The notes under the pieces are model-generated. The model ran no database searches. It had not been told where the DNA came from and worked only from the letters and a program-made list of their open reading frames with translations. From Octopus vulgaris (Eukaryota): a DNA stretch of 64,000 bases. The stretch is from positions 225,618,001 through 225,682,000 of the forward strand of contig OX597814.1 in NCBI GenBank assembly GCA_951406725.2, read 5' to 3'. Positions 52,620 through 64,000 of the stretch are shown one piece after another; position 1 is the first letter of the stretch; every line of letters starts with the position of its first letter. Made by a program: the position numbers and the translations under genes.

Positions 52620-53082
52620 TTAACGTCCGTTTTCCATGCTAGCACGGGTTGGACAGTTCAACCGGGGTCTGGGAAGCCAGGAGGCTGCACCAGGTTCCAG
52701 TCTGATCTGGCAGTGTTTCTACAGCTGGATGCCCTTCCTAACGCCAACCACTCCGTGAGTGTAGTGGCTGCTTTTTACGTGCCACTGGCACAGGTGCCAG
52801 GGGAGGCTGGCAGCAGCCATGATCGGTTGGTGCTTTTTACATGCCACCAACACAGAAGCCAGTCAAGGCAGCGCTGACATCGGCCACGTTTGGATGGTGC
52901 TTTTTACGTGCCACCGGCATAGGTATCACAACTACAATTTCCATTTGATATTTATTTTGATGTTGATGTACTTGACTCATTAGGTCTCCTCAAGCACAGC
53001 AGGTCACCCTATGATCCAAAGTAAGCACAGCAGGTCGTTCTGCAATCCAAGGTACTTTGGATGGGCTGGGGCTATGCGAAAC
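52589..53082 (-). mobile_element. RTE LINE 3' UTR copy nested in a MITE
   Basis: Starts with (CAT)n on +; reverse complement of the UTR. Confidence 0.83.
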
Positions 53083-53628
53083 TTTAGAGTAAGAAATTTC
53101 TATCATAAAACTAGGAGTAGATTTCATGCTAGTTGGTATCAAAGGGGTTAAAACAGGGAATTTTTATCATAAAACTAGGGGTAGTCTCAGGCAAGATAGT
53201 ATCATAAGGGATAAGCTAGCAAAGCAAACAAAACACAAAAACCTTGGAGAATGTCAGATATTTGCCAAAGTAGATCATTAATTCTCTCATATTCTATAGT
53301 TTCATAGTGTTTTTATGGGTAGCCCTATTTCAGAATGTATCAAGGACAATTCTAAGTTCATAAGGAAAACTGTATCTGTACCAAATTCTTAACAGAACTG
53401 AGGAAAATGAGGGAATGTAACACTGGGATTTTAAGACTGTTTTAATTTGAATAGAAAGCAAATGGCTTGATGGCTTCCCTATCTAGGTTGAAATTATGTT
53501 GGGTTAACCTTGCAATTCTCAAACTTTGGAGTGGTAACATATCTGAATGAGTGAGAGGCAAAATCTAGAATGCATGATTGAATTAATTGGTATTATGTAG
53601 GGAAAAACACATTCAGATGTAAATAGAA

Positions 53629-54022
53629 CTAGCACTATGACCCGGTGTTGCCAGGTCATAGTGCTAGTGCATGCATATACAGCTGCGTGTGTGCGCACAT
53701 ACACGCGGGTACTGTCCAAATCTCTGACCAATCACATACAGCTAGCTGGCATTCAATTGGCGTATCTTATTCTTAAGGACAGGGTATCTAGAACGTTTCG
53801 GGCATTTTGATTGAGTTTTGGATAGAAAATTCACAAAAAAGTCACTTCTATTGATTTTTTAATGGCTTTGCAAGGTGACTGGGGAAATGTAAAGATGTGC
53901 ACGACCACCCTTGGACGGTTTTGAATGACCATAGAAAGTGCGAGCGCTCTAACTGAAAAATTGTGGATTTCTGTAAAGGACACACACACAGACAGACATT
54001 TTGCCGTTTATATATAGAGAGA
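53629..54022 (-). mobile_element. Short non-autonomous Helitron
   Basis: On the minus strand it starts TC after an A and ends CTAG before a T, with a subterminal hairpin and no TSD. Confidence 0.72.
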
Positions 54023-54061
54023 TTCTCTCATATTACTATACATGTATCTGCACATGTGTGC

Positions 54062-54095
<34 letters not shown>

Positions 54096-55473
54096 ACATG
54101 AGTGCACACGTGTGTTTTTGTGGATGTAATCAAACATCACTAAAGCTATGTATAAACTGAATCAAACACACACTACACACATTTGTGTATGCTCTCAGAA
54201 GTATATTATTCAATTATGTAAGTGAATATAGACACATACATAAACACGTTCAGATTCACTTGGTTATTTGCAAACACACACGCACACACGCAAAATATTT
54301 CTATAGTTGTAATGCCTACAAGAATGTAAGTATGTACACACATGCACCTATATACACAATTGGTAGTTTGCAAACATCATCCAAATACACTTGCAAAGAA
54401 TCAGACACACAATGTTATTCATACAAGAGACATCATTAAATTACAACAGCAAAGAACTGTCAGGTGTTGATGATTTGTAAAGATCGGTTTGCACACAGAC
54501 AAATGATAAATGGTGAAAAGGAATTGGAAACAAAGCAAGTATCTTATAGAAAATAAATGAGCTGACTATTTAATATAGTTTTGCAAAGTGAGTCAAGAGA
54601 TAACCAGAAGCAGATTTGTGTGCATGAAAACTTTTGAAAAGAGGAAGGAAAAGAGACCAAAAACAAAGTGTTATACAGTCGGAACCATAAAAGCCTGAAG
54701 ATATATTTTTGGTAAGACATCATCAATATCACACAGCATCGACTGAGGAAAACCAGAAAGAGCAATGAGAATGAAAAGAATTGTAAGAAATATGAGCAGA
54801 AGATAAATATTTAGTTGTGAGGAATAATGTACTGAACCCTCACAACAAACCTTCAGTGGAATAACTATCTTGCTAAATGTAAATGTAAAGAGAAATTCTG
54901 GTGATGATGGTTATGATAAATACTGGCTATGACCATAATCAAGAACAACTTTGAATACATACTATAAGGTTACCAGTTGAAACAGGTTTTTCTTTTTTAA
55001 ATCTTTTACATTAGTAACAAACTGCACCTGTAGTCCTATCACAGACAGGAGTGGACAGAGGTAGCAAAATACAGATTAATCATTATCATCGCTATCATCA
55101 TCATCATTCTGTAAATTTGGTTTAAATGTTTGACAACTCAGCACCATCCATTGGACGTTTTGCTTGTTGTATATATGATTGGGGAATAAATATCTACCAA
55201 CTATCACTTAGTTTACATGGTATTCTTCTTGTGCAAGTCAGATTTTTCTTTTTTTTTTTTGAAATAGTTGTAGTAGCTGTTATTTTCACAATATGGTTTT
55301 CTTCCTTCAGACAAGCCATTTACCATCCATTGTCAGATAGGGCCACAGTTTATCATTCTTTTCTTGGTTTCAGTTCAGTGGACTACAGCCATAAAACTGG
55401 TAGAATACTTAAGCCAGATATGGCCGGTTTAATGGCTAAATGGTTAAGTGATACAAGCAATAAGGCTACTTAC

Positions 55474-55569
55474 TTTGCTTTTGGGGCCCAACAGGCTGAC
55501 TTGATGGGATCATATTTACTGTCAGCTGGGTTGTATTTCTTGTCCTCTACAGGTTTCACTTCACCATTG
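55474..55569 (-). CDS. LIG1: LIG1 exon 1 of 16 in window: NGEVKPVEDKKYNPADSKYDPIKSACWAPKA(K)
   Basis: cag acceptor and GTAAGT donor; resembles the LIG1 YNP...YHP..DACW segment; phase fits the next exon. Confidence 0.88.
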
Positions 55570-55633
55570 CTGCAAGTGAGAGAATTTTAAAGCAAAATTA
55601 GATAAAAAGAATTAAGACATATATTGTTATATT

Positions 55634-56340
55634 TCAGGATGGACATTTTTTTTTTTTTTTTTCCTTCCCAAATAAGCACAAACACCATACATTTGTTCTT
55701 TGCTTCAGATTTATTATTGTTCTTATTTTATTTATGGAGATGTACTTGCATAGCAAGTGACCTGATCTGAGATCGTGTGCTGGAATGAAAACAATTGCAA
55801 CGTGGAAGGTGTTTATAAGCCATTTAAGAAACACACAAAAACCATTAGATTCACTTCAACATTTAAATTTAATTTGTCAAAATATTTTCGACGCAGCACA
55901 GAATTTTGTCAGTGAGCAGGTCGTGGTCTCAAAGCAACGAAAATATTTTGACAAATTAAATTTAAATGTTTAAGTGAATCTAATGGTTTTTGTGTGTTTC
56001 TTAAATGGCTTATAAACACCTTCCACGTTGCAACTGTTTTTTTTATTTTATTGTTCTTTGTCGAAAAATCTTTTGTCACACATCCTATGACCTCCTCAAT
56101 GACTCTCCATCCCATGTTTCTTCTCCTGTAGTTTATTCCATTCTGTTTTAATCCAGAGAATGGGCCAAACAGAAAAGGAAGAGACACATGCAATGGGAAG
56201 TCGCTGAAGAGGTCACAGGGTATGTGACAAAAGATTTTCAAGCAAAGAACAATAAAATAAGAACAATAATAAATCTGAAATGAAGAAATAATATAGAGTG
56301 CATGCCCTTATTTGGCAAAAAAAAATAATGACCATCCCCG
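55634..56340. mobile_element. Foldback-type MITE with long imperfect TIRs, hosting palindromic element H copy 2
   Basis: ggatggacattttt...ccaaataag...ttcagatttattattgttcttattttatt pairs with aataaaataagaacaataataaatctgaa...cttatttgg...aatgaccatcc; inner ttttgtcaca/tgtgacaaaa arms. Confidence 0.7.
55733..56042. mobile_element. Palindromic element family H, copy 2
   Basis: Same tail and arms as 8440-8781, with a deletion next to the centre; TSD ttattttatt at 55723-55732 and 56043-56052. Confidence 0.83.
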
Positions 56341-56944
56341 TCAGGAATGTTGAAAAACAAATACATAAATGCAAATTAAGACATAAAAACAGTCAAAGTA
56401 TCAATTGATAGATGTCATCCAAGTTTTTGTCTTCTAAGAATGGAGAAGCAGGTGGTAGGTGGAACACATCACTGCCGCTGCCACCAGCAATACCATCTGA
56501 CCTTTCAGTGACTTACAGGAGTTCACTCCATTACAAACATTCAAACTGGGCCCCTGACAAAGCCTGTATGTATTTATGCAACCTGCTAGAAATAGCAGTC
56601 AAATTTTCATAAAACTACACCCTTCCATCTTAAAAACATATGAACAGATTGGATAATGTGGGCCTAGAAACACTCTCTGAGTGTAAAATAAGATGATCAT
56701 ACCTGGAACACCTTTGATCACAAGTCAACTCAATGAGGGCTGACCTGGTGTTAAATGACAACAACTAGGCCACCTTTAATGTGTAAATATTGATTTCGAA
56801 TTTGGCACAAAGCTAGCAAATTTGGGGAAGGGTATAAGTTGAATAAGAGATTTTCCAGCAGTAGCCTACAACCAAGATATGACAGGGACTTGAATCTATG
56901 GCTATGCTTTAAGAAAAGCTACACAGCTTTTCGGTCCTGCTTAT

Positions 56945-57158
56945 TCTTTTACTCTTTTACTTGTTTCAGTCATTTGACTGTGGCCATGCTGGAGCACCGC
57001 CTTTAGTCGAGCAAATCAACCTCAGGACTTATTCTTTGGACGCCTAGTACTTATTCTATCGGTCCCTTTTGCAGAACCACTAAGTTACGGGGATGTAAAC
57101 ACGCCAGCATTGGTTGTCAAGCGATGTTGGGGGGACAAACACAGACACACAAACATAT

Positions 57159-57191
<33 letters not shown>

Positions 57192-57361
57192 CATATATAC
57201 GATGGGCTTTTTCAGTTTCCATCTACCAAATCCACTCACAAGGCTTTGGTCGGCCCGAGGTTAGAGTAGAAGACACTTGCTCAAGATGCCACACAGTGGG
57301 ATTGAACCTAGAACCATGTGGTTGGTAAGCAAGCTTCTTACCACACAGCCACTCCTACGCC
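56945..57361 (-). mobile_element. SINE family B
   Basis: Full-length match. Confidence 0.87.
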
Positions 57362-59301
57362 TATTATTGTTTACATAATTAATTTTATCAGGGAGTTCAG
57401 TGGTACAACTAACAGAACGGGTTACAAGTTCAATGTAGTGGGACTGAACCTGAAAACATGTGGTTGGGAACTGAACTTCTTAACCACACAGCCATGCCTG
57501 GTTATATATCCCCCACAAAAAAACGGTATGTATAATTGATACGTAATTATATATCCCAACAACAGAAATATGCCGTGTGCCTGATAAGAAATATTAGTTT
57601 TGCAAAAATAGATAAATTTATGTCATTCTAAAACATCCAAAATAATAAAAACCAAATTATGGTACCATACAGAACACTATACAGAATATTCTTCCGATAA
57701 CCAATGACAAAACAATGATTCATCAAACATTAATGAGTACTGTAAACCTAACATTAAACACTCATCATTGGACCATGGAATATTATTTTTAATAGAATTA
57801 CTCTTAATACAGTCAGAGATTTAATCTTAAGGAAATAGAAATAAAAGAATTTTAAAGCAGCAAAACCATACACAGAAAATATGAAAGGAAAATCAAAGGG
57901 CTTTTTTGAATATTACAATTTTGAGTCATTCAGCTAAATTATTATATCACATTTGATCTCTCTCTCTCTCTCTCTCTCTCTCCCTTTCTTTTTTCATGAT
58001 TTTTTTTCTTTTGTTTTTGTTTTACAAGAATGAATGCCCCACTAGCCTTACCAACAACAACAAAAAAAAGATATATTACATGCTTTTGAAATTGAATGAT
58101 TTTAATATATATGGAGGTAAAAATGATTATGGAAAATACAAATGATGAAAGAAAGGGAAAAAAGTATTCAAAATGATGCAAATGTACAGACAGAACGCAT
58201 GTAATACATATACAGACATGCCAATGTGCATTCTCACTAAGGCATTTGGTGAAAATAAATAAATAAATAAAAACTTAATCGATTCTATCAGTTTTATTGT
58301 ATTTTTCTGTCTCTGTTTTTTTTTGTTTTTTTTGTTTTTTTTAACTAACTGAATAAAGAATTCCATGAGCCTTAATAATTGCTGACGTAGGCTTGAAGGA
58401 ATTGGTGAAAACCCAAAAGAAAATAACTGACTTTTGAGTCATGCGTTTAGTATCCGACGGTCAGTTGAAATGAGAATCTGTTTTGCAATAACATTTCAAG
58501 AAATAAACACAAACACAGAGCGTATATATATATATAATAAAAGATGATCTTGCACACTGGCATGAAATCAAATGTTTATAGAGATGGGACAGAGTGAAGT
58601 TGGGTAGAGTCATCTGAAATGATTTCCAATATGCAAAAGTAATATAATATTTGTAGTTGCTTAACCACAGGACAGGCCTGATAAAGCAGGCCTATGTTTT
58701 CCCCTTTTTTACCATATTTCTCTCAAACTACACAGCTTTTGTTTCAATTAATTTTGAAAATAATGAAGAATTTAATAAATTAATTTTGTCATTAATAAGC
58801 TGGTGTTTGAGACAAATAACATAAAATTTTGACAGAAGGTTTTAATTTAGGTCACTAACCTTTTAGCATTTAAGGTGACCATATCCAACCAAAATAGTTT
58901 ACCTGTTTTATGTTCAAACTGGCCAGATCCAGCCTCTCACACCAATCCTACAATATTATTCTAAAAATTAACAGTTACCTCATCAATATCTCAAAGCGAC
59001 AAATTTGGGGCCTGGTGCAGCCTCCTGGCTTCCCAGACACCGGTCGAACCATCCAACCCATGCTAGCATGGAAAACGGACATTAAACGATGATGATCATC
59101 ATCATTAATTGAAAACAGTGTAAATAACAGAATCATGTGAATGCTAAAGGATTAAAATATGAAGTTGGTATTATAGAACCAGGGATAATTCCAGGGAGTT
59201 TGATATCAAAAGGGTTAGAGATATTTTTACTATGACCAGTCCTTCTTATTCTTAAGGACAGGGTATCTAGAACTATGTTATGCACTGTTTCTTTCCTTTT
59301 C

Positions 59302-59814
59302 CGTTCGAACGTTGGGCGTCACAGAGGCAATGACAAAAGACCGAGACCTCTGGAGATATGCTTTGACTGCGAAGATCCAGCAAATAAAGTGAGTTCACAG
59401 CTGTATCCTACACCAGTTTCGCATAACCAGCCCCAGCCCATTCAAAAGTACCTTGGATTGTAGGGCAACATGCTGTGCTTGAGGAAACCTATTGAGTCAA
59501 GTACGGCACATAAAAAGCCCCATCTGAATGTGGCTGATGCCAGTGCCGCCTTGACTGGCTTCCGTGCCGGTGGCACGTAAAAAGCACCAACCGTTCATGG
59601 GCTTTGCCAGCCTCCTCTGGCCCCTGCTGATGGCATGTGAAAAGCACCCACTACACTCATGGAGTGGTTGGCGTTAGGAAGGGCATCCAGCTGTAGAAAC
59701 ACTGCCAGATCAGACTGGAGCGTGGTGCAGCCTCCTGGCCTCCCAGACCCCAGTCGAACCATCCAACCCATGCTATCATGGAAAACGGACATTAAACGAT
59801 GATGATGATGATGA
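59302..59814 (+). mobile_element. RTE LINE end (last codons and 3' UTR)
   Basis: RTLGVTEAMTKDRDLWRYA followed by the UTR and (GAT)n. Confidence 0.85.
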
Positions 59815-60524
59815 GTAGGGTGTAATCTGAGTGAGATTTGACTACTATCTCTAGTAAGTCAAGCAGCCATAGAGAGCATCCCCACCACACACATTTCACT
59901 TGACTGACTGCAGAAGGATAATTAAAAAAAAACAACTTGAATGGAATTGGAACTCAAATATAGAGAGACAACATTAATTACCTGAAGGCATTTCTTTTGT
60001 CTTGCTGTTCACCATCATCACCCTACCAAAGGGTGACAAGGATTTTTCAATTGAAAGCAGAAGAACAGGAGTTAAATAATTATTAGAATCAGCAGCAGCA
60101 TCAACATCATCATCACCGTCATCAACAGCAATGCTGCTGCTGCCACTGTATTGTTGTGATGACCACCACCACCACTATTATCATCATCATCATCATCATC
60201 ACTAATTGCTTTATAACATCAACTTCGATTTAGAAAGACAGGAACAGAGATCAAGGAGAACAACATGGAAGTGATCTTCAGTTGTGTTGCCAACCAGCTC
60301 ATTGTCATGAAGAGTCTCAATGCCAAGATGCCACAAGCAAATGCAGAGAGGGAGCTGACATGCTGTTTTCTCTCACTCTCCCTCACTCTATTCCACACTC
60401 ACACTCTTTCTTCTATCACTCTCTTCGTAATAACTCTCTCTTTTTTCAATTCAATTGCTTACATTTGCCTGGAAACAATGGAAGTAAAATAAAGTCGAGA
60501 GAACTCGACAATCTTTTTCTTTCT

Positions 60525-60842
60525 CTCTCGGGCTGGTGCCATAACAATGCACCAGGAGAATTCATCTACAAAGCAATTGCCCCAGCTCCCCTTCAGGGTT
60601 GGCGAAAGCGATGTGGTGGACAACGAAAAACCTGGCTGATGACAGTCAAGGCTGATCTGGAACCGGAACCCAACCTAGGCCCCCATATCTATAGCGTCGC
60701 CGCTGAAATATGGAGTGGTTGGAGATCATGCGGTCGTTAGCCAGGTCTGGTCTGCGTTTGTGAGAGATGCAGCATTGAGGATGAATGAAGCCAGCTCAAT
60801 CCACCCCAGGTGGATGCTGTCTCAAGACAAGAAGAAGACAAC
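60525..60842 (+). mobile_element. C-terminal fragment of a second RTE-like LINE
   Basis: GWRKRCGGQRKTWLMTVKADLE; short caaga/gaaga-type tail. Confidence 0.6.
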
Positions 60843-61054
60843 AATGTACACTCAGTAGGCTCTATTAAGTGGTTGGTGTGAGGGAGGGCATCCAGTTATA
60901 GATGCTATACCAGAATTAGATGCATGAAGGAGATGCAGATTTCCAATTCACGTTTAGAGCAGTAATTCTAAATAAGAGCTAACTCTAAGTAAGAACACAC
61001 ATCCAAGCAGGGAAAGTAAATATGATACTATATATGGATTTTTCTTTTCTTTCT

Positions 61055-61249
61055 TTTCTTTTACTTGTTTCAGTCATTTGACAGCGGCCATGCTGGAGCA
61101 CCGCCTTTAATCGAGCAACTCGACCCTGGGACTTATTCTTTTGTAAGCCCAGTACTTATTCTATCGGTCTCTTTTGCCGAACCGCTAAGTGATGGGTACG
61201 TAAACACACCAGCATCGGTTGTCAAGCAATGCTAGGGGGACAAACACAG

Positions 61250-61280
<31 letters not shown>

Positions 61281-61447
61281 CATATATACGACAGGCTTCT
61301 TTCAGTTTCCGTCTTCCAAATCCACTCACAAGGCATTGGTCGGCCCGGGACTATAGCAGAAGACACTTGCCCAAGATGCCACGCAGTGGGACTGAACCCA
61401 GAACCATGTGGTTGATTAGCAAGCTACTTACCACACAGTCACTCCTG
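61055..61447 (-). mobile_element. SINE family B
   Basis: Full-length match. Confidence 0.87.
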
Positions 61448-62300
61448 TGTGTAAAGTAAAGAAAAAGATCTCCTTCAGTCATGAATCACCATGGGATTTC
61501 CCGTAGAAAGTTCCCCTCAGAGGCACAAATCCAGGCAAAGTTGTTTATGGAAGACCAGCTGTCACCTATGCATATCAGCCGCCCCTCTCCATGCCACCGA
61601 TGTTATCCAGAGGAAAGGCAAAGGCACCATTGATGTTGCAACTGATTTCTGAGACCCTTGGCATTATGCTGTGCTTGAGAAGAAGAGCCATCAAGCCAAG
61701 CAAAATCGCAATTGTGACAGAAACCGGTGTCACACAAATTGGCAGTCATGCTGGTGGCACATAAAAAGCCACCTGGTGTCATGCAAATTGTACCCATTAC
61801 ACACTCGGAGTGGTTGGTGTTAGGAAGGGCATCCAATCATAGAAAACTATGCCAAATCAGACTGGACTCTGGTGCAGCCTTCCATCATGCCAGCCTGGTC
61901 AAACTGTGCAACCTATGGACATTAAATGATGATATAACATGTAGGTACAGTATGGCCAAATGGTTAAAAGTGTGATTTACAACCAAAAAGATCCCAGGTT
62001 CTATACTGCTACATGACAAGTTGGATAAATGTTATTTCCTATAACCTTGGGTTGACCAATACCTTGAAAGTGAAATTAGGTGGAATGAAATTGTATAGAA
62101 GACAGCCAGGTGAACTGTACATTCAAAAGGTACAGCCTTGTCATACCCTGTGTCACATTGATTCTATCTGAAAATTATGTTATGGGTCTGTGGATTAGTC
62201 AGCCGCTTACATTTACACATCAATTCAGGAGCAGGTAATTCAGTTGATTGAACAATTGAATCCTCATTGTTGAATGGTGGAAATCCTCCACCACTATATA

Positions 62301-62692
62301 TACTCTTTTACTTGTTTCAGTCATTTGACTGCGGCCATGCTGGAGCACCGCTTTTAGTCGAGCAAATCGACCCCGGGACTTATTCTTTGTAAGCCCAGTA
62401 CTTATTCTATCGGTCTCTTTTGCCGAACCGCTAAGTGACGGGGGACGTAAACACACCAGCATCGGTTGTCAAGCAATGCTAGAGGGACAAACACAGACAC
62501 ACATATATATATATATATATACATATATACGACGGGCTTCTTTCAGTTTCCGTCTACCAAATCCACTCACAAGGCATTGGTCGGCCTGGGGCTATAGCAG
62601 AAGAAACTTGCCCAAGATGCCACGCAGTGGGACTGAACCTGGAACCATGTGATTGGTTAGCAAGCTACTTACCACACAGCTACTCCTGCACC
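62301..62692 (-). mobile_element. SINE family B
   Basis: Full-length match; ctatatata on both flanks (likely TSD). Confidence 0.87.
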
Positions 62693-62997
62693 TATATATA
62701 TAACATTTAAATAAAAAAAACCAGTTCATATTCAGCAGAAGCAACAGAGTGACTCAAGGGCTGAGAGTTTCGTGTGTTTGCACTTAACAAGCTAGTTACA
62801 CCAATTATATATCATTTAGCTGAGTTGCTAGTCTATTATATCTATTAACATAAATACACCTGTAGGATGTATGTGTGTGTGTATTTGTGTGTGTGATACA
62901 TGGAGTTCTTTTAAAAGAACAAAATTTAAATGAGAACTGAAATATCTTAACTCTTCAACGTGAAAACTAAAACAAAAATCTTGATTTAATTAGGATA

Positions 62998-63163
62998 TAC
63001 AGTATTTTAATGTCTACAATGAACCCCCTAATTTTGGGGGCTTAAAATTTGGGAAAAAGGGTTTGTAAGGGATTGTAATACTATCCATGTATAAGAAACT
63101 CCCATATTTTTTTAACCTAATTTTTCACAAAAAAAAGGTTCCTTATACACGTTAAAATACCCT
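62998..63163. mobile_element. Old pogo/Tigger-like MITE
   Basis: tacagtattttaatgtctacaa ... cttatacacgttaaaatac imperfect TIRs with an internal duplication. Confidence 0.45.
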
Positions 63164-63862
63164 AATAACGTTTAAAGCTGTAAAAGCTGTGCTTCTTTAC
63201 TTTCAAAATTCACAATGAGCAAATTGTTTGAATGACATGAGAGTAGACAGTGATAGAAAAAGAATGTTTAAGCAGAGAGAGAAAAAAAAGAGAGAAAGAT
63301 ATTATGGAGTAAAAACAGGAAGAAAATAATTAGGATTAAAGTCTTTTGTTGCAATGAATCACAAAGAATTGAGCGTCAAAACATCTTTGGTGACAGAATT
63401 TGCATGTGCATGTGTGCGTGCACGTCTGCAAGTGCTGTGAGGGTGAGGATTGGTAAAGACAGTAGATAATAGCATTAACCAGCTAAAATTTTCCAGAAAG
63501 ACAGTTAAAGAGCAATGAGGAAAAATCAGATTATGGCAGATGGAACAGAATTATAGGAAATTACAGAAAACAGGAAGGATAAAACAAATATTCCCCCCTC
63601 TCCTCACTCTTTATACCTAAAATCTTTCGTGATAACAGAAAAACTGGTTCATTGCATTAGAGAAACAAAACCAACATTCTGTTTCTCAGATGTTCCCCCC
63701 CCCCCTACCCTCTTCATAATAAAAATATGTTGCTTTCTGTTGTGTGCACTCATTCCTTTTCATACATGCACAACATGCTAATAGCAGTACGTAAAACACG
63801 AACATGATAAATGGTACAATATTTTTTACATGAAAATCTAAAGCAGAAGTCTTATCTATTTT

Positions 63863-64000
63863 CATCATCATTGTTTAACGTCCGTTTTCCGTGCCAGCAC
63901 AGGTTGGACAGTTCGACCGGGGTCTGGGAAGCCAGGGGCTGCACCAGGCTCCAGTCTGATCTGGCAGTGTTTCTACAGCTGGATGCCCTTCCTAACGCCA
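63863..64000 (-). mobile_element. RTE LINE 3' end running off the window
   Basis: (CAT)n followed by the reverse complement of the UTR end. Confidence 0.83.

Larger units (their letters stand above)
4348..55569 (-). other. LIG1: DNA ligase 1 gene span (16 coding exons in window, 5' end not identified)
   Basis: The hand-spliced exons have compatible phases at all 15 junctions and translate without stops. They contain the ATP-dependent ligase motifs [40 protein letters not shown] and [14 protein letters not shown]. Confidence 0.97.

Noticed and set aside
55126-55590. 154-aa ORF on +
   Set aside because: Antisense shadow of a LIG1 exon plus T-rich sequence; no recognisable motif.
58380-58620. 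Possible upstream LIG1 exon or C/D snoRNA
   Set aside because: All three frames after the candidate AG contain stops, and the box C/D-like words are imperfect and antisense to the host gene.

Overview
This is AT-rich eukaryotic genomic DNA, very probably from an octopus. That assignment is inferred from the SINE/LINE repertoire and was not checked against a database. One protein-coding gene spans the window: DNA ligase 1 (LIG1) on the minus strand. I assembled 16 coding exons by hand (55569 down to the stop at 4348; 2002 nt, about 666 aa). They join in frame and cover the DNA-binding, adenylation (KYDGER) and OB-fold domains. I could not identify the poorly conserved N-terminal exons, which probably lie beyond 64000. 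One intron requires a non-canonical GC donor. The introns are packed with tRNA-derived SINEs (at least four families), 5'-truncated RTE LINE 3' ends with (GAT)n tails, decayed mariner elements, piggyBac/hAT/other MITEs, a short Helitron, a CR1 end and a homogeneous 40-bp minisatellite. Almost all ORFs in the supplied track are repeat artefacts. I found no evidence for a new multi-gene system. The best leads are RNA- or TE-level: (1) two unrelated families of TSD-flanked palindromic elements that share a hammerhead-like core; (2) a tandemly repeated pseudoknot-like motif in the RTE 3' UTR; (3) a GC-AG intron carrying about 34 donor-like sites; (4) a candidate alternative last exon.
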